From NCBI RefSeq assembly GCF_016433145.1, contig NC_058134.1, positions 232,119,241-232,183,025 on the forward strand: a stretch of DNA of 63,785 bases, written 5' to 3'. Below the pieces are notes generated by a model. It was not told where the DNA came from and searched no databases. It was given only the letters and a program-made list of their open reading frames with translations. Within the stretch, counting starts at the first letter, position 1, and the number at the start of each line of letters is the position of its first letter. Both the position numbers and the translations under genes were made by a program. Shown here in pieces: positions 25,381 through 37,603 of this stretch. This DNA comes from Gracilinanus agilis. Lineage: Eukaryota.

Positions 25381-26869
25381 CTATGATTCTCCCCGGAGGC
25401 CTCGGTCCATCTCTAGCAATAAATAGATTTCATGCAGAACACAGCAACGCGCTGTAACTACATTACTCTCCTTTGAGACTCGGGTAGACTCACTACTGTG
25501 TTCTTGCAATGGCTTCATAGAGTTCAGTCTAGTGTGGAGAGCTCTTTGGCAAGGCTGGGAGTGTTGTATGAAGGTCAGCTGCTATTGCTGCTGTTGTATT
25601 TGGGAGGCAGTGTTGTTCAGTGGGCAGCGCACTGGATGTGGGATGTGGAGGTAGCAAGAGCTGGGTTTCAGCTTCCCCACTTCTGAGGACTCTGAGCTTT
25701 GCTTTCCTTGTCTGTAAAGATGATAGTCATCCAACTGGACCTTGAAGGGTCTAACGTGCTCATTTTAAGGATGGGGAAACTGAGACTCACCCAGCATCAC
25801 CCAAGCAACCCTCATTATCTTATCTGAATTTCACAGGAACTGTCCAAGGTAGATACTTTCAATATTATTCCCAGTGTAGTACAGGAGAGTGAGTCTAGTT
25901 CAGTCTAAGTTCAAATACTACTGGGGAAGTCACTTCTCCAAACTTGTTTCCTCAAGGATCCAGTAAGTGGGTTGACCTTTATGGATTTTATAATCCCTTC
26001 TAGCTTTGGGTCTATGATGCTCTGAAGATCTTTGTTCAAACCCCTCCATTACACATCCTGTCGGTGTGATTGTGGACTGGTCCCTCAACCTCTCAAGCCC
26101 CAAGACAACTCTAAAATTCTACAAGCTGGAAAGCGGGTATTAGCCTATCTTGGTGGAGAGAGTTTCCTCATCCAAGAACTCCTTCTCTCAACGAATTATC
26201 CCTAAGTCCTACCATCAACCAGGAATATCAGAGAAGTCAACAATGAACAGTTTAGGAGGAGAAAAAGAGAGAGACAGACACAGAGATGGAGAGGGAAAGA
26301 GAGACAGAGAGACAGAGTCAAAGAGAAGAAGAGACAGAGAGAGAGACAAACAAAAAGAGACAGACAGGCAGACGCAGACAAGAGAAAGAAAGTGTTTTAA
26401 CCATGTGGCATATGTGGCCTGGTGAGGGTTTGATGTGGCATTTCTTCTGACATGAGCAGCTCTGTGGCCAGTTAATATGACATGTTCTATATGAATTCCC
26501 TTCTGGCAAAGAACGCAGAAGCTTGATTGACACCATTGATATAATATTGTGCTATTTGCTGCTGTATAAAACCATTATTAGATGCATAATCAGAGCAGGG
26601 AGGGCTCTTAGAAATCATGCCATCGAACGCCATTCTTTTTGTGAGATCCACAGAAGGAAAAGGACTTGGACAGGCTCACATGACTGAGATACAACATGAG
26701 TGTCTTTGGGCCATCATATTACAAGTATCTAAAAACACTCAGTTTACATTTGTACTGCAATACTATAGATCAGGGACCTCCCAGTGTGCCACTTCCTTCT
26801 TTGGTAGAGATTGCAACCATCTGGAAATGCAGGCTCGTGTGATAGGAAAGAGGATGTCTAGGGATAAAG

Positions 26870-27190
26870 CACTGGGCTTAGAATCAGAAACATTCATCTT
26901 GAGGAGTTCAAATCTAGCCTCAGGCACCTACTAGCTATGAGACCCCAGGGCAAGTCACTTAACAGTATTTGCCTCAGTTTCCTCATCTGTAAAGTGAGTT
27001 AGAGAAGGAAATGGCAAAGCACTCTAGTATCTTTGCCAAGAAAACTCTAAAATATCCTCTTTGCCTCAGTTTCCTCATCTATAAAATGAGCTGGAGAAGG
27101 AAATGACAAACTACTTTAGCATCTTTGCTAACAAAATACCTGAACAGGGTCCCAAAGAGTCAGACACTACTAAAACAATTGAACAACATG
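26870..27190 (+). mobile_element. MAR1 with a tandemly repeated 3' half (period about 92 bp), or two stacked copies
   Basis: ttgcctcagtttcctcatct..ggagaaggaaatg..atctttgc occurs from 26969 and again from 27061. Confidence 0.7.
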
Positions 27191-27666
27191 GTAGAAAGAA
27201 CACTGGTTTGGAAATTGGAAGATCCAAATGTGAATGCCAGCTGTGGGACCTATTCAAGATAGTTGGTTTGAATCTTGCTAGAGATCTATAACTATGTGAC
27301 CCCCCCCCCCACAAGTCATTTAAAGTTTCTGGACCTCAGTTTGCTCAACTAAAAAATGATAGTCTTCTATGTAATTTACTGATGGAATTTTAACAAAAAC
27401 TATTCTAAAGTTCCTTTCAAATCTCAATCAATGATCCTAAGTCACTTAACCTTCTCATGCCTCCGTTTCTTCATCTGTACATTGAGAGTTTAGACTTTGA
27501 AGTCCTTTTCAGTTCTAAAGCCATGACCCTATAATTCAAACACGCCTTCTCATCCTTTATGATCCTCATTGATGTCCTCCCTTAAAGGATCTATCTCAGC
27601 CTACTGATGACCTTCTAACTTTTCCTACACAGTCAAACTTCAGTCTCACTCTGAGGCTGACCCATC

Positions 27667-27668
<2 letters not shown>

Positions 27669-27729
<61 letters not shown>
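27669..27729. repeat. (TG)n microsatellite
   Basis: Perfect run. Confidence 0.95.
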
Positions 27730-27730
<1 letters not shown>

Positions 27731-27927
27731 GAATGGTAACACTTTTTTTTTAGGCAGAATTAAGTGACTTTCCCAGGCTCATACAACTAGGAAGTATCTG
27801 AGGTCAGATTTGAACCTCCATCCTCCCAACTCCAGACCTGGCACTCTATCCACTGTGCCACCTAGCTGCCCCATGGATATCACTTAATTTGTATTACCAG
27901 GATCTAATACAATACCTGGTATCCTTT

Positions 27928-28175
27928 TTGTTCTTCAATCATTTTCAGTCATATTAGACTCTCTGTGACCCCCATTTGGGGTTTTCTTGGCATATCCTGG
28001 AGTGGTTTGCCATTTCCTTCTCCAGCTCATTTGACAGTTGAGGAAACTGAGGCAAACAGGTTAAGTGACTTACCAAGGTCACTCAGCTAGAAAGTGTTTA
28101 TGGTGAGATTTGAACTCATGAAGATGAATCTTATTGATCCTAAGCCCAGCTCTCTCTCCACTGTGCCATCCAAGC
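27928..28175 (-). mobile_element. MAR1 CORE-SINE
   Basis: Reverse-complement tail and core. Further minus copies lie near 29360, 38998, 41930 and 51985. Confidence 0.8.
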
Positions 28176-30119
28176 TTCTTGATGGATTGTTACATAGCAA
28201 GAATAAGGAATATCTCATAGATAACCCCTATCCTCCAAAGATGGTCCAGTTTGATACGGATTATAACTGGTACCTCCGATAAGACTATTTGCATCAATGA
28301 GACCACAGGTATAATTGATTATAAATACAAAGAAGAGGAAATAGTTGATATTTATTTAGTGTTGTAATTTACTAATTTATTGTTGTAATATTTTATTTTT
28401 GTTTGAATAATATTTTAAATATTTAAATAATATTTATTTATTGTTGTAATATGCTAATTTAGCATCCCTAATACTAGCAATACTAATTATTGGCATTTAT
28501 AAAGTGTTTCACAAATATCATCTGTGAACCACCTGGTATTATTATTCCCCTTTCACAGATGAGGACACTGAGACTCGCCCATGATCGTATAACTTAGCAT
28601 GTCAGAGGTGAGACTTACAGGCAGGTCTTCCTAGCAAGATCGAGGGCCAGTGCTTTCTCTTCTGCTCCAGGGTTGCCCTGCATACCCTGCTGACCCTTCA
28701 ACACCTTCTTGGATGCATGCCTTTGTGGTCTGTTCTTTCTGGGCTATTTTCACCCAACATGCATCCTTCCACTGCCCTGCAGGTCACCCACAAGTTTGAT
28801 TCTTCTTTGTAGCAACTCCAGGAGAATACTAATGTGAAAAGATGGGTTGCTTTTTATTTATTTTTATCTGTGGCATAGCTTGAGCTTGTGTTTCAAAATT
28901 CATACTTACAGCCCCTTCTCCATTGCCTAATTTCCTCAGTTCCTATTTCAGGTTAGATATTAAAAAATAACTACGGGCAGGTCCTAGCTTGCTGAGTGCA
29001 TCAGGGGTGTGTTGCCTTCGAAGAAATCTGTGCTATTTCAAGAGCTTTGCTACCTTAGACTGGCTTGGTTATGAATATTATCTGTCCTGCATCCCAGGTC
29101 TGAGTCATAGAATCAAAGGGCAGAAAGGACTTTGGTCCAAGCCCTTCATTTTATAAATGAGGAAACTGAAGTCCCCACAGGGAGATGAAGGGATCTGCCA
29201 TTGTTCACAGAAGTATTAAATATCATGGGTAAGATATGAAACCCAAAGCCCCTGGCTCCAAATCCAGTGCTCTTTTCACTATGGTACCCTGCCCACTCTG
29301 CCTTGGGAATTTTTTTCTCCTGAAAAGCTGTCCCTTCCTACTTTACGTCTTTCTGACTTTTGTTGTTATTGTTGTTCAATCATATCTGATTTTTTCTGAC
29401 CCCATTTGGAGCTTTCTTGGCAGAGATACTGTAGTGGTTTTCCTTCTCCAAGTCATTTGACAGATGAGGAAACTGAGGCAAAGAGGGATCACACAGCTAG
29501 CAAGTGTCTAAAAGCAGATTTTAATTCAGGTCTTTCCAAGTACAGGTCCAGCACTCTATCCCCTGGGCCATCTAGCTTCCCTCTTTCTCTGCTTTACTTA
29601 TTCATTGGGATTCAATCTCTTCTGTAAACTGGGAAATTTTGAAGGCAGACCAATACCTATTCTGTAACCATCTTTAATCTAGATACTACTGCTGTAGGCT
29701 TCTGACCTTTGATCTACATTTATATTTCAATTGAACTTAATTGAGAAAGAATTAATTAAATCTTCCCTTTGTGTACTGGGCAAAATACTAGAGATCTGAA
29801 GGCAAAAGTGAAATAGTCTCTGCCTTCAAGGAGCTAAAATTTTACTGGGAAAATAACATATACACAGATAATTAAGTGCAAAATGTAATTGAAGTAAAAG
29901 GCATCATAAGCCAAAGAAATTAGAAGCTAATGATGGCAAGGATGGGTCCAAGGGCATTTTTTAAACATGGATGACAGTTTAGGAAATCAAGAAAGGCTTC
30001 TTTTAGGAGAGGTGCAGTTGAGCTGAGTCTTGATTAGAGTTGGAGATTCTAACAGGGAAAGTCAAGGAGGAAAAGCATTCCAAATCTGATGGAAAGACAG
30101 TGCAAAAGACACATACAGC

Positions 30120-30313
30120 GGGGCAGCGAGGTGGCCATACCAAGCCAGACCTAGACAGGAGGTCCTGGGTTCAGATCTGACCTCAGACACTTCCCAGCTG
30201 AGTCACCCTGGGCAAGTCACTTAACCCCCATTGCCTAGCCCTTACCACTCTTCTGCCTTAGAACCAATATACAGTATTGATTCTAAGATAGAAGGTAAGG
30301 GTTAAAAAAAAAA
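30120..30313 (+). mobile_element. Older SINE1-type element
   Basis: Core gtgaccctgggcaagtcacttaacccccattgcctagccc, and 3' end agaaggtaagggtt(A)n. Confidence 0.8.
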
Positions 30314-30874
30314 GACTATATATATATATACAGAGACCAGAGATAGATCACCATATACAGAGAAAAGTGTTTGTGAACAGATATGCTCAGTACTCTTAGA
30401 TTTTTGTGTTTGAGGCTAACCTAAGAAATGTCTTGGGGCAGCGTCCTTGCCTCAGTGCCACACCAGCTGTGTGAGCCTGAGATGGTTCTCCAAGGCTCCG
30501 AGAAGAGAAGACAGTCTGCATCAGTGAAGGGAGAATCCTCACTAGGAAATGCCTTCTCTAATGCAATCACAGCTCAAGAGCTGAAAGGACTTCCAAGGCC
30601 ATCTTGCCCAACCCACTTTCACAAAAGAAGAAAGTGAAACCCAGGAAGGTTTAAGTGATTTAATAATGATAACAACAATAATTAATATGTACATATTGCT
30701 TTCATTTTAATTTAACTTTTAATTAAATTTTATTTTATTCACATAGTGCTTTATATGAATTATCTTGATTGAACCACATTACTACCCTATGAGGTAGGGG
30801 CTATTATATTTCCATATAGCATATAGATAGTGGAAGATTAAATACACTGGAAAGGTAGTATATTATGATTAAAA

Positions 30875-31047
30875 TTTTAAACCTTTAGAATCAATACAAA
30901 TTATTGGTTTCAAGAAAGAAGAGTGGTAAAGGCTAGGCAATTAAGGCTAAGTGACTTGCTGGGGATCACAAAACTAAGAAATAACTGAGGTCAAATTTGA
31001 ACCCAGGATTTCCTGTCTCTCAGTCCACTGAGTCACCTAGCTGTCCC
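30875..31047 (-). mobile_element. Older SINE1-type element, inverted relative to the 30120 copy
   Basis: Reverse-complement homology. Degenerate TSD atgattaaa(a)tttt on both sides. Confidence 0.75.
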
Positions 31048-32178
31048 TATATGATTAAATTTTAAGGTACTGCTTGGAGTTTGTCAGAGATTATGCTTAA
31101 CAAGGACTGGATTTGACTGAACCACCTAGGACCAAGAATGAAGAGAATGCAGTTAAAATCCTAAGAAAGACGCTGTTCTTCTCCAGAAGTTCCCTCCAGT
31201 CTGTTAGCACCCAACCCAGCCTCTGTTTCTTTTCTTCTGCCTCCAAAGCTGGAAGGACCAGATGTATTTAGATCAAGTTCTTTTCATTCTGGCAGATTTT
31301 CTGGAATTACCCACAGTGCTTTTATCCACGGTTTGGGTCTTGGCTACACGAGTGACAAGTGGGTGAATTCTGGGACTGCAGCAGGATCTCCTGTGAAATG
31401 GGGTTATTTATAGAGAGTAGGGACATTTTATCCAGTGTTATCGACCCATCCCTTTTTTAGCAGTAATCCTAAAACTATGACAGCAGAACTCGACTTGTCC
31501 GTCTATGGGCTTAGACATGGAAAAGTCTCTCCACTGTCTGTTCTCTGAGGAGAATCATAGCCACCATTTATCAGTGTGAGTTGCTGAATAGCCCATAATC
31601 CTTTAAATAGGTGTTAGAATTAAACTAATAATCCCAGGGAGTAAAGATAAAACTGATTTCTAGAATGCAATGTCTTAATCGCCACTTCCAGGGCAGAGAA
31701 ATTTCTCAAGGTTAGCCAAATTTGTTTTTCCAATGCCTCCAATTTGTTCTTTTCATTCTGGTGAACTAGACATCTTTGAGAAAATGAGCCAGATTCCCTG
31801 GACCTTCTGTGGGCCAGGTTGTCTCTGATGGCACCTAACCGAGACTACAAACTAGCTACCACCTGCTTCCCTTTTCCAAAAGTGGATTCACTTAAGAAAA
31901 TGATTTAATAATAGTTGATGATTCCTTTTGTTTTTTTTTAATAAGTATATTCGTTTGATTTTATGTGGCCAGACTCTCATACAGGCAAAAAGCATCTCTT
32001 GAAGGGTTTAGTTTAGGATAGGGATTGGAACCTCATTATAATCCTTCTAATCCATATGTGGCCCTAAATGGAAATTAATTAATTGACAAGCATTTTTATA
32101 AGCTCCTACTAAGTGCCGAGTGCTGGGAATACAAAGCCAAAAATTAAATAGCCCCTGAACTCAAGGAACTTATATTCA

Positions 32179-32379
32179 NNNNNNNNNNNNNNNNNNNNNN
32201 NNNNNNNNNNNNNNNNNNNNNNNNNNNNNNNNNNNNNNNNNNNNNNNNNNNNNNNNNNNNNNNNNNNNNNNNNNNNNNNNNNNNNNNNNNNNNNNNNNNN
32301 NNNNNNNNNNNNNNNNNNNNNNNNNNNNNNNNNNNNNNNNNNNNNNNNNNNNNNNNNNNNNNNNNNNNNNNNNNNNNNN
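32179..32379. other. Assembly gap (N run)
   Basis: Seen directly. Confidence 0.99.
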
Positions 32380-32477
32380 GTGCGCACTAAAACTATGTTT
32401 TGGTCTAGCCTATCTCTCTTTCCCAGAATAATTGTGTGAAAGAGACTTTGTTCTGAACAGATCTAATTAAACTTTAT

Positions 32478-32804
32478 CCTACAGCATTCCCCTGATGTAC
32501 TAGTCTAAAAACCTTATCAAAAAATTACATTAGTCTGATAAAACTTGATTTTGATAAATCCTTGCTAATAGTTTGTAGCACTTATTTCTAAATGCTCATT
32601 CACTAAGCAGTCCTTTAATATCATATATTCTAGAGTTTTACTAGGAGTCGAAGGTCAAGCTATAGTTTGTATCCTCTACCTCTTCCTTAGGTGTTGAAAA
32701 TTGGGGTATTTGCCTTCCTCCAACAGCTCTTTCTCTCTAGCCCTTTCAAAGATCACTGAAGGTGGCTCAAAAATCACATCTCCCAGTTCTCCCAATACCT
32801 TGGG
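32478..32804 (-). mobile_element. L3/CR1 ORF2 (reverse transcriptase) remnant
   Basis: Minus-strand translation gives PKVLGELGDVIFEPPSVIFER...FIKIKFYQTNVIFFDKVFRLVHQGNAV with frameshifts, matching the CR1 RT motifs PRVLKELADVIAEPL and FFDRVT.LVD.GNAV. Confidence 0.8.
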
Positions 32805-33611
32805 CATAATTAAGGGGGAAAGGGAAGAGAATAAGCATTAATTAGGTTCTTAGTTTGTGCTAGGCAATCTGCTAAGCACTTCAGAATAGAAGTGGTATAA
32901 ACTGGTTCCTTTGACCTCCTCCAGGGCTTCTGGGTCTTCCTTTTCAACCTTTATATTATTTAAGATTTCAGGTCCCTTTTAGCCACTTTTGCTCTGTTTT
33001 TTAATTAAACGTCTTCTACTGGGGAGGGCAAAGTATATCTCCAAACTTCAAGGCTGACATCTAGAATTATAATCATAACCCATCCTGTAGTCATACTGCC
33101 AAAAACAGACTAGAGGATGGGATGAAAGCAGATCTGATCCAGTGAATCCAGTCTCAAGGTCATTGAATCCTAGATCTAGAGCTGAGAGGGAACTCAATAA
33201 CCATTCATCCAACTCTTTCACTTTAACAGTTAATTAAAGTCCACAGAGGTACAGTAAATTGTCACACGTGAATTAAGCAGCCAAGCCAAGATTCAAACCA
33301 GGTCCCATCTCTAGATCCAATATTTATTTTCTTACACCACACTGTCCCCAAACTCATAAGACCCATGTATTTTTTTCATTGTTTCCTTTATCTTTGCCAG
33401 TACCTTCTCTGTCTCCTCTCTCTCTGATATTTCTCCAAGTCCAGACCTCTGACATCTTTTCTTTTTGGGGCTTTCTGCATTCATTTTATTTGACTTCAAT
33501 CTCTTTTATGCTTTCTGAAACTTTTCTCCTCTGGACCCCTTTGGCCAGCTTTACAACTTATATTTATGTTGTGGTTTTTTTTCTTCCTAGGCTTTAACAT
33601 TCATAGTATCA

Positions 33612-33819
33612 TTCTCCCTCTCTTCCACTCTTCTCTTCTCCATCTTCTCCTTCTACATTCTCCTCTCTCCTCTTTATCATTCTCTGTTTTCTCTCTTCTC
33701 TACTCATATCTTCTCTCCTTGTCCTTCTCTCTTTTCTGCTCTTATCTTCTCTCCTTTCCTTCCCTCTCTTCTCATTTCCCTTTCTCACCTCTCCTTTCTC
33801 TTCTCACCTCTCTTCTCAG
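33612..33819. repeat. CT-rich polypyrimidine low-complexity tract
   Basis: About 200 nt almost purely C/T, ending in ctcag. Confidence 0.9.
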
Positions 33820-33947
33820 TTTTCTTACTGGTAATTTGTTGCACAGAAATCCCTGGGATCTTTTTGGAGGGGAGGGGAGAAGGGGTTTTCCCTTAATACT
33901 TTTATTACTCGGACAAAATCTTTTGACCCAAATATATATTGTTTCAG

Positions 33948-34055
33948 GTTTTAAAAATCAGTTTGATTGGCCACAGAAAGCGTATTTTGGCATCCCTGGG
34001 AGACAGGCTACACGAGGATCCTCCACAGAAACCCCCTCGTTCCATCACCCTCAGG
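33948..34055 (+). CDS. ANKS1B: ANKS1B internal coding exon, 108 nt, phase 0-0: C-terminal helix of SAM2 plus following linker ([36 protein letters not shown])
   Basis: Acceptor ttgtttcag|GTT (AG 33946-33947) and donor AGG|gtaagt (GT 34056). The 36 codons are open. The peptide matches the recalled ANKS1B/AIDA-1 SAM2 end with its GHRKR motif. Missed by the ORF track, which reads another frame here. Confidence 0.96.
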
Positions 34056-34596
34056 GTAAGTTGCCTAAACGTGGCTTTATTTCTCAACAGTTATGCTTAA
34101 CAAATATGGGGGCTTGCCATCTGCCTGAAACTGTAGCTCAGGAGGCATGGGCTGTCTCTTACCCATGTAACTTACATCCTCTGCATTCAGGTGAGGGGAG
34201 GGGGGAATCCACTCTATTTATCTTTATAATTTTATGTTGTTGTTTTTAATCCATTTGCTGTGGCCAAAGGAGCATATGAATATTTTATGTCCAGATGTGT
34301 AGTTCATTGGAATTCATTCCAACAAACCCCTGCCTTTTCAGTTCCTTCTGTCAACCATCCTTGCCAATGGATGGAAATTCATTCTTTTTTTTTAATCAAA
34401 AGTCTCTGATCCACAGGAAAAACATATTAATCAAGGGCCACAGCAAAGTAAAAACTTATAATAACTTTAGTCTGTGATTCTGACTTTAGAGCAGAATATA
34501 AAACCTTCCACTTGCTTGCTTTTAAAAGAAAAGAAAATGGAACTGACTTTTAAAGGATTGAAAATGATGCTTGGGTTTCATGTTATGAGAAATTTA

Positions 34597-35020
34597 GGGC
34601 AGAGAAAAGGTAACAGAGAGAAAGAATGAGAGAGAAAGACAGAAACAGAGAGACAAAGAGAGAGAGGGCAAGGAGATAAAGAAAGCAGGAAAGAAATGAT
34701 ATGGAAAGAGAGACTAGAGGAAGGAGGGGGTTAGAGAGAGATAGGAAAAGGAAAGAGAAAAAAGAGAGAGTAAAGGAGAAATAGCATGGAAAGAGACTAG
34801 AAGAGGGGGTAGAGAGAGATGGGAAAAGTATGGAGATAAGAGTAGAGGAGAAATAGATAAGGAAAGAGAGACTAGGGAGAGAGCGGAAAGGGACGAAAGA
34901 CTAGAAGGGGTGATAAAGAAAGTCAAGGATTCGGATAGAAAATATAAACTAGAGAGAGCAAAGAAAAGTGAGAAGGAGCTAGACAGAGGAAAGAAGAGAA
35001 CCAGAAGTAGGGAGAGAGAG
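34597..35020. repeat. GA-rich polypurine tract with a recurring ggaaagagagactag unit
   Basis: About 420 nt of mostly A/G. The gaaagag(ag)actag motif recurs near 34705, 34789, 34861 and 34894. Confidence 0.9.
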
Positions 35021-37423
35021 CCCAAGACTCCTGCCCAACCAGCATTTAATCCCCACACCTCTAAGCCATCTCATTGTGCCAACCCACCCTTCCACACCAT
35101 CCCTAACCTGATTTATATCTCCCACCTACCAGCCCTCACATCCTAGGTCCAATAGATTGAGAGTCTTTCTCAGATCACCCAGGGCAACCATAGGACCCCT
35201 CACATAAATATCAGTTCAGGGCACATACCATTCTAACAGCAAAATGATTAACTTCTCCATCTTGAAGGGCTCACTCAGACTGGGCCAGTAAATATAGTCT
35301 AGTGCAGGACATTAAATCCTAGCTCTGCCATTTACAACCTATATTACCTTAGTTTCCTCATCTGTAAAAGGAGGGAATTCTACTAAAGAGCTTCTGAGCT
35401 CCCTTCTTGCCCAAGACCTATGATCCTAGAAGTAAGGCCTAACTCTCACCGAGGAGATTCTTTGAGGGTCTACGCAATAGCAATTGAATCATTTTCTTAG
35501 CAAGAGGCAAGAATGGTCCATACACACGTTTCCCTTCATCCATTTACATTTTCAAAATTTCATCTATAAGCTGGTCATTTGGGTGGCAAACTGGAAATCG
35601 CTCTGCCCTGGCCTTACTACCCCTCATGATTTAGTTTTCCCTGTATAACTTTGTCTATTTGACCTCTGAATCAGGGGGGTCAATATATGATAAAAGGCAA
35701 AAGAGTTCTTGCAAAATCCTGGGCCACCTGAAGAGTGTAAACAAGATCAGTCCATGAATAGATTGCATGACATGACATAATTAGCTCCAGGATATTTCAT
35801 AGAGAAAGTTGGGAATTGGGGTCTAATGGGAGAACAGAAGAAGATAGAGGGAAAAAAAGGGAAAAAGAATTAGGTATGAGCAAATTCAAGGATGCAAGGA
35901 TATGGAGCACAGCTCCTTTGGGCTCAGAGATGTTTGGGGAGTGGTATTCAGAAAACTGGAGAGCCATTTTCCTCCTTCAAAGGTACACCCCCCCCCAATA
36001 TAGATCATGATAAACTTTGGGAGTAGAAGGATTCCTTCTTTTGCTTTAGATAAAGAGAAGTTCATGGAGGAAGAGAAAGAAGTTAACAGCCATAATAGCA
36101 GGGAGACAGAATTTATGGAAAGCTTACTGAAAAGTGCATTGGCTCTGTAGTCAAAGGCCTGGATTCAAATCCTGCCCTTGACATTACCTGTGTGACTTTG
36201 AACAAGTCACTTAATTCCCCTGGGCCTCAGTTTCTTTAAATGTAAAATAAGGGGGTTGAACTAGATGGCCTCTGGGGTGCTCAATTTTTTCTGCTAACTC
36301 CTTTTCCTTCCCTCTCCATTCTTCTCCCTCTAACTATACCCCATCCTACCCCTTCCCTGAGAGCAATTAATAGAAATAGATTTTCAAAAAATAATAATGA
36401 TGATGAAAATATATGCAACGGCTTAACTCCCCAAAGCTTCCTTGGTCCACTTGGGAACATCTTTGAGGAGAAGAAAATGGAGAGGCAAGGAACAAGGGAA
36501 GACCCAGACCCAGGATCTCCCAAGTTTCCTTCTCTATATAAATACTAGAGCCCAATTCTCAGGAGTGCCTTGAAAGACACCATAGCATAGTGGACAGAGA
36601 GTCAGCCTTGAAGGCAGGGGGACTTGTTTTTAAGTCTTACCTTTGCTACACACCGACTTGAGAGATCCTGGGCAAATCACTGAAACCTTCAGTGCTCTAA
36701 ACAATTAATTTGCTAAGACTAAAATTTGAAAAGGTACTGACCTGCTCTGGTTGAGGGAGGGAGCTTTCTAAACCAGAGAAATCACAGGTCTAGTCCCTCA
36801 CCCTATCCTTAACTCACTTCAAACCAATTTCCATTAGATTCGAGTTCATTTTCCTACCTCAAAGGGGAAAAAAATTCCCCATTTGTCCCATTGTTCACCG
36901 TTCCATGGTCGTCGCAATGCTGTCTACACACTGTGTGCCGTGCTGTCCCTTGTCACCAACCCACTCTCTGAAGGTAGATCACCATCCATTGTGCCCCACT
37001 TGGCAGCGTCAGTCATCATCACATATTCACGTGCACCTACCAGTTTGTGAGGCCCCTGCTTCGTCATGCATAGGCACAGTCTCCTGGTTTTTTCAGAGAA
37101 ATGATTGACTCTTGGGATGGTGCCACACAGACATATGCATGGCTGAGCCCACCGCTAGTGCTGGTGTCACAAACTGGAGGCCCAATTTTTTACCCTCAGA
37201 TATAACTCAGTTAAAACACTCAAGAGTAAAAAAAAAAAAAAAGCACTGAATATATCATACCATTCATTAGTGGAATGGGAGAACGCCATCCAACTCCTTG
37301 GCATTCTCCCCACCCCCCACCAAAGCATCCCCAATGTTTTTGTTTTGTCAGTCATTCAAAGTTTTAAAACCAACGAATACCCACTAGAATATGGTATTTA
37401 TTTCATGATGTATTTCCATTCAG

Positions 37424-37603
37424 GAACCCAGTGGTAATCACAGTCCTCCTCAGTTGTCTCCATCACTTAGCCAAAGTACTTACACCACTGGGGGCTCCCT
37501 AGACGTTCCACACATTATCATGCAGGGTGATGCAAGGAGAAGAAGAAATGAAAACTACTTTGATGATATTCCCCGATCAAAACTGGAGAGACAGATGGCC
37601 CAG
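37424..37603 (+). CDS. ANKS1B: ANKS1B internal coding exon, 180 nt, phase 0-0 (EPSGNHSPPQLSPSLSQSTYTTGGSLDVPHIIMQGDARRRRNENYFDDIPRSKLERQMAQ)
   Basis: Acceptor tttccattcag|GAA and donor CAG|gtaagg. In frame with the previous exon. The peptide matches the recalled ANKS1B SAM-PTB linker. ORF 37454..37660 of the track is this frame. Confidence 0.97.

Noticed and set aside
1-33947. Upstream SAM1/SAM2 exons or a nested antisense gene
   Set aside because: No MRPIGHDG/SVAEWL-type peptide and no multi-exon minus-strand structure was found. The region reads as intron.
33566-34249. Longest ORF (227 aa) as a novel or overlapping gene
   Set aside because: The N-terminal half is the L/S/F translation of a CT tract, which lacks stop codons. 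It crosses the real exon in another frame and resembles no family I recognise.
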